A stretch of DNA of 64,000 nt. It comes from Trichoplax adhaerens. Taxonomy: Eukaryota; Animalia; Placozoa. Position numbers and translations under genes: made by a program. Where the stretch lies: positions 1,198,497 through 1,262,496 of the forward strand of contig NW_002060946.1 of NCBI RefSeq assembly GCF_000150275.1, read 5' to 3'. Of the stretch, positions 12,901-24,279 are shown piece after piece (the stretch's first letter is position 1; every line of letters begins with the position of its first letter). Under the pieces are notes generated by a model. The model was not told where the DNA came from. It searched no databases and was given only the letters and a program-made list of their open reading frames with translations.

Positions 12901-15900
12901 GCAATTGGCTTAGCCATTCGAATGAAGTAATATCATTGCAGCCAGTTTTAATCAATTTCTCAATAACATCACGGGCATGAACTTCAATCGTGACTAAAGC
13001 TACTAATTTACTACGTTGAATTTTTGACAGATTACCTCGAATCATTTCAGAGAATTTATTCAACATCGATATCTGCTTCTTTTTTAAGCTTTTTAAAGCT
13101 TTCTTCTCACCACTATCTTTAACAGAATTCAATGCTTTAGTCACATCGGCAGTCCATTGCATTTGACTAGCCACAATAACCAATTGGCCAGCCCATTCAC
13201 GAACCCATTTTTCACGCTTATTTAAATTTTTCTTTAATTCATTACGACATCGTTTCAGATAATCTCTTAAATTCATTCTCATAGCACTTTCAATATCGCA
13301 TAACCATGATTCAACTGGTCCTTCTAATATAACTGGTTGGATATATTCGATTGATTCGCCATCAGCCGATGTCATACCTAATGCTTCTGAGCGTGATAAA
13401 TTAGCTTTATTTAGTTTTAGTGAGTAGATATTATCAAAGCATTTTTTTAAATGAGGTTGGACTGCATCTGGATTCTTCGATTGGCCAAGTATTTCAAGTA
13501 AATCGTCATTCGACAAGAAATAAAATCGTGGAAATACTTGTCTTTTGGTTTCTAAAAACATATCCAACGATTTTTGGATTTCTTCTAGTTTAACATTCAT
13601 GTCGAATAATGTTTCTAACATGCCTGTATGATGAGTTCCTTCTAATGCATTATTTTGCTTATGAAGTCGATCCATGATACTCTTCCAGTTGGAATTAACA
13701 ATATCGAATTCCGCTGATTCTTTTGGTAATTGCTTTCGGATATCTTCACCTAAGAATATATTCTCTAAATACATCCATTGACGCTGAACTGTTAAAATAA
13801 GTTCGACCACTTCTAAGATATGTGATAGAGTTCTTTCCCATTTATCAACTTCTTTTTCAAATGCTCGTACATATCGTGATGCTTTTACTGATGATAAAGT
13901 GACTTGATTATCTTCTAATTGCTGGAATAAATCGTCAGTTGCACGCAATTTAAAATAATTACGATCTTTATGTCTAGCGATATCTAAAGTCATCGCTTTC
14001 CAAGTACTAGAGATATCTTGCAATGCTAATTCGATAGATAATTCTTTAGATGCAGCAGCCGAAATTTCACTAATAATATCAGAAAACTGATCAAAACCCA
14101 AATCAATCATTTTTTCTAAAGTAAATTCTTTGCTAGTTTGATCAAAAGGTCTTTGCATTTCATTCTTAAGCTGAAACCAATGACGATCTCTCATAGCTGG
14201 ATTTTTCAAATCAAGTATTAAAGGAAGTGTTCGCTTAAATTGATCAATTCGACCACGTATTGTATCGCAAATCTCCCAATTTTTGTCTTTTAATTCACGG
14301 CATAGTTTGTTGACCTTTTTCAACAAAGATTGAGATGTATATTCCATTGATTCGGTGACCAATTCCATGAAAATTTCGTTTTTCCAATTGGACCATAATT
14401 CTTCCCATTCTTTAGTATGAGTCCAAATTTGTTCTAGTTGATCGACATCCTTAAAAATGAAGCAAGGAAAGTTTAATCGATTGCCTTCGTGGTGACTTTG
14501 AGATTAAGAATTACGATTGGTATAAGAGATGAATTGGTAATATTTTATTGGCTTTGCCTATATAAGTTATGTTATATGTGGACATATAGAATGTCCTGCC
14601 TTACCTTTTCTAGATTTGCAAGTTCTTTGGATGGTGGGTGCTCAATCTTAAAGATACTTAAACCATGCTTTATCATGGATTCTTGTTCTTTAAGAGCTAA
14701 TAGCTGATCATGGAATTTACTAAGAATCTCTAAAGCCTGTAGGATTTAAGAATGAAATTTTTAGAGAGACTTATTGACTGCAGAAGAATATCATTTATAC
14801 GTGCATATTGATAAAAGCTATGAAATTTACCGTCTCAATAACTACAGTGCTTAAGAATGGTCCCTTGTTATTGAATTCGTCCCTTAAGTTCAAAATACTT
14901 CTCTTAAACTCATCAGAAGAGTGTAGTAAACCAGCTTTGAATTTTTCCTATATAAATGCCACATTAATACAGTGTTAACCATATATAGTATTACTTTTAT
15001 TGAAATAAGAAACAGTTTATGTAATAATTCTTTAAGTAAATGCAATTAATTGAATAGCTTTAAGTCTTATTTCACATTAGATATGTAATTTCTAAGCTTA
15101 GATACCTTATGCTTTTTAAGCATGATATCAGAATCCATTAAGCATTGTTGGAAGGAAACCCATTCGCCATTAAGATCATTGAGCATCTTCTGAACCTGTA
15201 TATTTCGTTTTAGGAAGATCATGAATCATTAAATTTATTTAATGTCTATTAGTCTTAATTATAACTATCTTCTGATACGTACATCAGCAGGAACTTCTAC
15301 TTCGTACTTTTCTAACACGGCAAACTGTTCGTGTAATGGAGGAAACTTCGATTCAATTTTAGGCAAATCTAGCTGCAACTGTTCTAAAAGCGCTAAACTG
15401 TTACTTAGATGTGATAGTGATTGAGGTGGAGTCCTTAAATTTTCAGAATTGGTTGATAAGAATTCGTTTAATTCTTTCAAACGTGTTGTCGCCATCTCAC
15501 TAAGCAATGTTGTGAATTTATTTTGCCATAAACTGCAATGATGATGAAGAGCAGCCTTTAGTGGTGAACAATCTAACATAACAAATTGGATATTCAACAC
15601 TGTTTCCTCTTTAGAAACATTATTCGCAACTTCTGTATATCTAGCGATATCAGCATCAAATGAAGATACTGGTGGATTAAGATTTTGATAGCGGCGAATG
15701 AAGGCTTCTTTATTAACTTCCCATATATCTCTGTAATTATCCCATTTGGCTAAGTAGTTTTGTACATGGGTTTCATTAGTATCCAATCCAGCTAAAATAG
15801 CGCTTTGTATCTTTCGAATTTCATCATCACGTGAAATAATAGCATAGATTGCTTCTTTATCAGATTTTTCAGGTGTTAGTAAATCTGGCAAGCGTTTGAT

Positions 15901-18900
15901 ACATTTCATACACACAATTAACTGCTCGGTTATATCTTTAACCATAAGCGCTAATTTTTTAAGTGAGGGTGAAAACTCAATCTTGTCGCCAATTAGTGTA
16001 ACTTTTACACGGAATAGCGGATTAGGTGAACTTTTACCATCGCCATTGATAACACGCGATAATTCTTGTAGTGACCATTTAACGTTTAACCTACAAGCCT
16101 CCTCGACCATACGGTCCATTTTTGCAGTATAACTTCTCCAGGAAGATTGTACCTTAAGTAATAAAAGTATTTTATAGCTATCACTATAAAGTAACGTATT
16201 GGATGAAACACCGAAAGAACTATTACTTACATCAGTACCGTCCCCTTTAAAAACTTCATATACTTGTTCCATTTTCTCGACGATGCCATGATGAATTTGC
16301 CTTAATTTTCTTTCTACAATTAGTCTATGCTGAGCCTAATTACAGAAAAATACTTATGATACAGAATTTATTAATGTAGACTATTTTCTTATTTTTAAAT
16401 TACCTGATCTTCATCGAAATCCAAATCGTCGTATACTCTCTTTTTATCCACTCGGACTAATAGCAATTCACTAATACGCTTACATTGATCTGATATCGAA
16501 GCATTAGCATTTTTGTAGTCACTAACGATAGCTTGTATCTAAATAAAATACAAATAAATATCAATGATAGTTAATTGAAACGGCGATCTAATGCAAGTGT
16601 ACAAGCATTTCCATCTAGCATGAAAGTATAAATTACATAAATTATTGTATGTGTAATTAAGCATATTTTCATAGAGCAAATATTGGTATGCAAATAACCT
16701 TGCTGGCGTGTAATCGACATTCACCGATAAAGAAATCGGATATGCCTTTAGTTGCCCAAGTTAACTTTGTAAGACCTGGTTGGATTTTCTTATCTAAGTA
16801 GCGGATTCTTTCTTTAAATAAGCCGCGCTCTTCGTTACTTAACGATAGTATGATTCTGAAATTGAATAAAGTAGCAATCCAGATTATAATTTACTATGTT
16901 ATTCAAGTGAGAATCATGGTATAATATTTCAATTTACCCGTTGTAATCGCGAATAACTAATAACACGTTTTCGCGTAGTACACGTAAGTCTTCTCGCTTT
17001 TGATAGACTTCAGTAGCATAATGCGGTATTTCAAACATTAATCTCTCCCAGTAGTGAATTTCTGAGAATAGTTTCAATAGAGTTCTACCGAATTAAAAAC
17101 AGATGTCATAAATATTAAATTTGGTATCTATTCTTTTATTTAATCAACACTATTAACTTGAATAAGGCGTATAACTTAGTTATCAGTATGACTCTTGTCC
17201 AAATTTAACAATGTTTAACTCTAAGTGAATACTATTGTGGTGACTTACTTGTCAAAATTTAAATCAAGCATAGCTGGGTATTCAGCACTTCTATGCATTA
17301 GAGGTACTTCCAGTAATTTCATTAATTCCTAATCACATAATGGTATTACAGTTTAATAATGATGAAATAGGATCAACCTAATTAGCATCTAGTGAATTGC
17401 TAGATCAATACTTACTCTGTCCACTGTACTTGTCCACTCATTGAACATTTTACGAACATATTCGTCTAATGCCTACGATGATCATAATCATATGTGCGGT
17501 AACATTTTAGTATTACGAATTAAATTTAGTTCTAATTATAATTTAATAAAGTATCATTTATCAGTCATCATATTTGTTAACAAACTTGGCCTAATTGTTG
17601 ATATTGAGCCCTTATTTCGTCGCCAGTGCCAATTTGGGGCAGGAAGAATGCTTTCTCTAAGATCTAATGTGACCAATAACGATGGAATTATAAAGACCGT
17701 AGTATACGTTTATACAGTAGTTTTATATCTAGAATTGTTTTTAAGATTGGTCCATCAAGACGATGATAATTTCTTTCATGTAATGTTCTGTAAACTTACC
17801 TCCATTGGATAATCTATTCTCTTTTTTAGAGCTCTTGCCCACTGTGCTGAACCAGCATAACGTGGTTCGAAAGGAGATACTGCTGGAGTCTTAGTGTTAA
17901 ATTCCTTCTTGACTAAGTTTAATTCCTCATTAAATAGTCCATAGACTTCCACAGTCTTTTTATCAATGGTACGCCTTATAGCCTATACAAAATATAATCA
18001 AAAAGAGTCATAAATAAATATCACAGGATACAGTGAACTGCGCTCATTACTTAATTTGTTGTATATCTAACCTCTCGTGATGATAAATGGCGGAAGAAAT
18101 CAAGTAACTCAACACCTTCTTCAACAGTTGTAATCGTTTCAAAAGCTGATGTTATCACATTTTGCATCATAACTTCTAAATCTTTTATGCCAGTTTTAAA
18201 TCTATTAGATAGAATAATTCATGTCCATTTAAGTGTTAAAAGAGTTATTAAATTCACAAAAGTGAGACCGAGTTCTATAATGGGTTGTTGTATTCGGAAG
18301 TACGTTAGTTAAATTGAGAATAAATTGTTAATGTTGTTATATGTAATTTTTATGATGGCGTAGACAAATAATGCGATATTGACTTACCTATTGTAATCAT
18401 CATGCCACGAGGAAGCCTACCAATACAATTTAATGTGTATGGTTACATTTAATAGATTATGACTGTAGAGTAGTAATAGATGTGATCTAGCATCAAGCTA
18501 ACCTTAACATCCAAGATGGTTTTCTTTACATTGCGTAAGATTTGTAAATTTTTATTAAATGTAGCTTCGATTTCCAACAAACTTCTTGTAATGTCAGGTC
18601 CACGCAAACCGTGAAATTGTGGCATTTGAATTTTGTTGCCGTCATGACATCTTGCAAAATGGACTTGACATTCACAAACCTATTAAGGCAATTAAGATTT
18701 GATTAGATAAGGTTGCGATACTATTTATAGGCGAAATATAAAAATGATAATGGTAAGATATAAAAAGTTACCTCTAGTAAATCTCTACAACGTTGAATAA
18801 ATGCATCAACTTGTGCAAAAATACTTGTTCGATCTAATACCCATTTTTGTTCGCTAAGATGGTTATGGACCTTACTTATCTAATCGATTACGTAAGAATT

Positions 18901-21475
18901 ATTCTAGTTGTAACATCTCTTTATAAGCAGGTAAATGATAAATGAGTGATATCTAATCTAGTTTTAAGCCTATTAAGATGAATAAAGATGCAAAATAACC
19001 TTATTGTATGTTTCTTTCCATGATTCACAGCAACTTATACTTTCATTTAATGCCGACGTAGTTTGAACAATTAAACCATTAAAGATGTCATCCAGCGATA
19101 TTGTATAGCTACAGCGCTTAATAATTTCATTGCTAACCTATAAATAATTAGTTTTAAAAAGTGTACATATAGTATCAATATATTGACTCTTTTATGTAAC
19201 GTTATTATTGTTTAGTTCTATATACTGCATATTTGAGCTTGACTGCTTATAAAATTAATGGATTTATTAGATTTCTTTTTTAGGCTAGTCATGAAAGGTT
19301 CGTGGTTGCTATTTTTAATAATATAATACGACTACAGAACGAAACTGTTACAACTGTTGAGCAATGTTGTTAATTACTTATAACTACTACACGTATTAGA
19401 TTCGTCTAAGTAGAGTATAATGAATTTTTAAAATTTATTAATTTTATCATAATTAGAATATGAACAAATCTTACTTTTCTAAGTAAGCCAGTTAATCGTT
19501 CACGAGAGTTATAATACTCAGAATTGATCCAAATCATCCGTATGATGTTCAGAATACGTGGCAACTGAGAACTAATTTCCGACGGAAGAGATTCTGATAG
19601 GGTTAAGCAAGGTTCTTTTAAGGTTGATAAAAATTTCAGATTACTTTGTGCTTGAGCCGAACCATCCTAATATTGTGGTAATATAATATGAATAGCATAG
19701 GGTGGTTGATTTTTTTATTTTGAACGATTAATCGAGTAATTCCTGTCATTACCTGGATTAACTTTGATAGTCTTATAAAAGGAGATACATAGGAGGATTT
19801 AGCATGCTCTAATATATCTCGAATTCTCTTAACACCTGGCCTATCTAACTGCTCACTAAGACCGGATAAATCTAAACATCGACTTCGCCAAAATTGGATT
19901 TCTTCCAATGGCCCAGAATTTTCATCAGTTTCAACCGCATCTTGATTGCTTAGAACTTCCTTTATTTGACGAGTCCAGTGGATCATAGAGGCTGTCGTTA
20001 ATAATAAATAATGAATTTGCTTAGATATATTAAACATGGGTAAAAAGTGAATGTCATAATATAGATAAGATTTGCTCTAGTAATTTTCTTATGTGACCTT
20101 CTAAACGCTGGACTAATTCTTTATTCTTGACAGCAGCTTCGGCATCGATGTTTAACCCCTCATCAGGTACATATAATACGGTGTGGCCATCCATCCTGTG
20201 AGCTGTATCCGTCAAACTAGCCATAAATTTGTGTGTCTGCGAGGAAAAGTCATTCTTGATACCTGTTGAGATGTTGTGTTAAGGCTATTCTATCCAATTT
20301 TTCGTATCTATCGATTCCCATACTAACGTCTAACTAAGACGTACTGTTGTCTAGATATTGATAAAATACTTAAGAATAAAAGGATACTGTCAGGCCATGT
20401 AGCATTTCGTAGGAAGAGTGGAGTATATATACTTGACATTAGTCTCAGCAGGCTTTGTATTGAATTTGCCCTAACGGTTCCATATTGTAGCATAGAGTTG
20501 ATATTGTGCTGCGTTAGGGTAACTTTGGATGATCGAATGAAGTATGTCATTTCATCAACCTAATGGAAATAAATTCATATCCATTTCGCTTGGTGAGAAG
20601 TATTTATAGGTAATGGAAAGGTATTACACACCTGATGAGTAGATATTGAATGGGACAAACAGAGGCCATGTTTAGCATCAATGTATCCAATTAGTAAAGG
20701 TGTGTTGGGATCATCTAAAAATCGTTCCACAACGTCATCGTGCTTTTCGCTCCACATATCAGGATTAAAGTTTCCAAGCAGAAAACGATCTTTCACATAA
20801 GAAATCTGATAAAATAGATATTATTAGATACCATAGCTAATATAGTGGTGTAATCGTCACAATATCTCAGACCAACAGTAACGTCTAGGCGCTTACACAT
20901 CTTAAATTCAAACTGGTTACTGATGTACTGTAGTTAAAGTATTTTGAAACTTTAGATAGGGTGTCAATTTATCCTGTTGTCTTAAGATTCTTAACGGGCA
21001 ACAAAATAAAATATTTGCGTTTTCGAAACATTATTGCATATTTTAAATTATGGGTACTTTACATTAATTATATTACATTGACCAATAGTTACGATTAAAA
21101 GTGGCAGTAGATAGCTAATCTAAATGGCTGTGTTTGGTAATAGACTCCTTTAGATAGGCTATCACTTCTGACTTTTACCAGAACAGTACTTTACATTATC
21201 AAATAATAAAAAATTGCTTTATCGTAGAATTGGTAAATATAGAAAATGATTACCAAATCGATAGCAGGGGCAGATTCTATATTTCCTTCGTCCATTGAAC
21301 TGCCATTAAGGTGATTACTCTGCTGTAGTGTATCGTCCATATTACTAGATGTATCATGTAATAATCCATTTTCCTTAGGAGTGTCTGCATGTAGCGATTC
21401 TTCTTTACTGTCTTGCTTTACAGGAGTTGAACCATTTAATGTGTCGTGAGTATCCGCTTTTACTTCTGTATCCAT
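3958..21475 (-). CDS. DNAH2: Axonemal dynein heavy chain 2 (inner-arm I1/f beta type), about 33 exons including one 8546-bp exon (5904-14449)
   Basis: 2827-aa ORF with P-loops GPAGTGKT, GQTESGKT, GPVGTGKT and GIGGSGRRS, the WGCFDEFNRI motif, stalk coiled coils and AAA5/6. Spliced C-terminus HWIKRGTALLMSLDY* (stop 3958-3960) matches the DNAH2 family. N-terminal DHC_N1 exons can be traced to the ATG at 21475. Confidence 0.93.
20263..20387 (-). other. U12-type (minor spliceosome) GT-AG intron in DNAH2
   Basis: 5' splice site GTATCCTTT. Branch-point-like GCCTTAAC lies about 15 nt upstream of the 3' splice site. Splicing joins WPD|SIKNDF in frame. Confidence 0.85.
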
Positions 21476-21799
21476 ATTGGCTATTTCCTATATGAATACT
21501 TGTTCAACTGTAGTAAAAAGTGTTCGCGGCCCACTGTCCGCGGTAATGTTATTATAATACTCTAAATTTAAATTTGTAAGCTTTGCTTTGGCAATGTTTG
21601 TAGCAAGGACAATTTGATTTGTTGTATGACGGCTATGACCTGTAATAAACGAATGTTTGTGTGCCGTACGTTATATACTGTAGGCGGTTGTATATATTGA
21701 ATATCAATTTGTCATACAATATAACGTAGGGTAGTATCCATGTATCTGCTTTTAAAATGCAATCTTAATGAAGAGCTTTAAAGCGACAAATTACGCACG

Positions 21800-21813
21800 G
21801 TTACCTTAGCAAC
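21800..21813. promoter_or_regulatory. RFX X-box in the DNAH2 5' region
   Basis: GTTACCTTAGCAAC fits GTNRCC-N(0-3)-RGYAAC and lies about 325 bp upstream of the ATG of a motile-cilia gene. Confidence 0.75.
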
Positions 21814-21881
21814 CCATTTCCCTCGACTACATTGCATTACTTTAGGTTAAAACTTTGTGCGAAAAGAAAATCGATGCGGTG

Positions 21882-22010
21882 CACTGCAGTGTGCAGTACA
21901 GTACGGTACAGTACAGTACACGTCCGGTAGTCCAATTTTTTCAGCTCAAGTACAGTACACAGTACAGTAGTTAAAAGAGGTTTCTGTACAGTACAGTACA
22001 GTACTGTAGT
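21882..22010. repeat. (CAGTA/TACTG)n GTAC array on the DNAH2 side of the divergent promoter
   Basis: cagtacagtacggtacagtacagtaca...gtacagtacagtacagtactgtag. Confidence 0.9.
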
Positions 22011-22352
22011 CGGATAAATTTATGATAAAATATTGAGACCAACTGTTCGTTATGGCAGTACTTGCGTATGCAGACGGTCCATTTTGAAATGACTGATGTT
22101 TTCTAAATTAAGTAATATTACATTGAATCTTATTATCTGTTATAAATTTCTGCTTGAAAGCAGTTACATAAGATCGTAGACGCTATTTAAATTAGTACCA
22201 GTGATTTAAAAAACAGCCATGGAAGATTTATGCTAATCATTTGGTAAGGAAAGTCCGCCTGTCTGGTCTGTACAGTAATCCGCCGTTGAGGGGTTGAAAA
22301 GAGTTTTGAATAAGGGTGGGTTGGTATGAGAATGACTATCACGGACTACTAA

Positions 22353-22461
22353 AATGGTATTTCAGTAGTCCTACTCCAAGGGGGCTTTTACAGTAAGAAA
22401 GTACCAATGGTATTTCAGTAGTCCTACTCTAAGGGGGCTTTTACAGCAAGAAAGTACCAAT
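22353..22461. repeat. 53-bp direct tandem duplication
   Basis: aatggtatttcagtagtcctactcYaagggggcttttacagYaagaaagtacc at 22353 and 22406. Confidence 0.92.
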
Positions 22462-22671
22462 TTTTCTTGAGTAGTCTCTGGTATTAGGCATACAACACAC
22501 TGCACAGGGTACACGTATGAGCTGTATGAGCTACTGCGTAGACTATACGGTATTATATTGTGTACTTGTGAAGTCGCTACAATTTCAGTTTTCCACAAGT
22601 AAGAAGCTGCTCTTATTTATCCTGAGCGCAAACATTGCAAAAGCAAAATCATAATGCTGTTTGATAATGTA

Positions 22672-22822
22672 CTTTCATGCAAAGTAGTCTTTTCTAAAAT
22701 TGTTTTACTGAACTTTTACTCAATTCTTATTACTAAACTATTCCCGCTTTCATGCAAAGTAGTCTTGTGTAAAATTGTTTTACTGATCTTTTTACTCAAT
22801 TCTTTTGACTAAAATATTCCCG
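22672..22822. repeat. About 75-bp direct tandem duplication
   Basis: ctttcatgcaaagtagtctt...aaaattgttttactga...ttttactcaattctt...actaaa.tattcccg at 22672 and 22747. Confidence 0.9.
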
Positions 22823-23084
22823 GTGCTGATTGACTCATTACTTCAGTAAAGTGATATTATTCTTTGATAGCAATTTACACTCCACTGCATTGCATAGCAC
22901 TCTTGATGAATTCTTGACAGAGGATTACGATTATGCTGCTAGGGACTACTAAAAAGAGAGAAAACCTTGTGTATCTTTCTAGCAGACTACCAGGCTTGTT
23001 CTTGATCTCGGCAGATCTCCACTTCTCACCTGATGTCAGGCTATGTTTACGGCATTCATTTTAGAGTGGTGTCGAGTAGAGTAG

Positions 23085-23660
23085 AGTCTACTAGAGTACA
23101 GTACTGTACAGTATCAGAGAAGGATATTGTACGTACAGTACTGTACTGTACTGTACAGAGTACTGTACAGTATGAGAGATTGCTTCCAAGTGGTTGTACA
23201 GTACTGTACACTGTACAGTACAGTACAGTATGATGCAGCCCAGTACAGTACAGTACAATCGCGTACAGTACAGTACAGTACTGTACTGTAAAAGCGACAA
23301 TGTACTGTACAGTACAGTACAGTATCAAAGAAGGACATTGTACTGTACTGTAGAGGTCATTGAGGTACTGTACAGTACTGTAATGACACTATGAGGCAGC
23401 ACGCTACAATCGCGTAATTACAGTACAGTACAGTATGAAGCAGCCCAGTACAGTACAATCGCGTACAGTACAGTACTGTACTGTAAAAGCGACAGTGTAC
23501 AGTACTGTAGTGGTCATTGAGGTACTGTACGTAGCGACTTGGATCAAGTTGTACAGTATGAGAAATTGCTTCCAAGTTGTGGTACAGACTAACCGTACTG
23601 TACAGTGTACAGTACAGTACAACATAATGACAGTATGAGGCAGCACGCTACAATCGCGTA
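23085..23660. repeat. Large (CAGTA/TACTG)n array with shuffled repeated modules, upstream of ARGLU1
   Basis: Dense pentamer repeats in both orientations, interleaved with recurring 10-35 bp blocks. Confidence 0.93.
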
Positions 23661-24279
23661 TAAAAGTGACCCCTTACCAAGATTGACTGCTATAGCGTAA
23701 CGAGTGGCAGAGCGCTTTTGCCGCGTACCCCCTTGTGGCCATTTCTTCCATCAACCGCCATTGATAAACTGCATTTGCTATTGGTAAGTTTTCATAAATT
23801 GACAATAATCCACACATCAGACTTTGAATTGGATTCATCTTTAATTCACCCTATAACTATTATATGCTTTACAGGAAAAATATTTTAAATGACAAAAAAC
23901 CAGCCTAAGTAATATGCTATTTAAACAAGGTTGATATTGTACGTAGGTACATCGATAGAGATTGTTAGTGTATTAATACACAAAGTCAGCCAGTTGTGTG
24001 TGTAGAGAGAGAGAGAGACAGCACTGTTTAAAGACTACAATTACAATCTGATTCGCTTTTTTAATCGATCAATTTTAACCTCGGATGCAGTAAATATCTA
24101 CCAAATTAACATGTTACTTTTATGTTTACACCATTATCTACAGGAGGAGGACAGTCATTATCCAGCATAGTAAAAAGTTATTTGTGCTGAACGACACTAG
24201 GCACCACAAGCAACTTTTTTTCTGTTGTTCAAGTCGTCGACGTCGGTGAAAATTATCACCACTATTATCGAGAGTCACA

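Noticed and set aside
23033-23646. Many overlapping 66-90 aa ORFs rich in YSTV/LYCTV (also at 31788-32147 and 57075-57602)
   Set aside because: They are translations of the stop-poor pentamer repeat, open in several frames on both strands, with no protein features.
23085-23660. CRISPR-like repeat/spacer appearance
   Set aside because: Repeats are variable-length pentamer runs, the spacers recur, no cas genes are present, and the context is eukaryotic and intron-rich.
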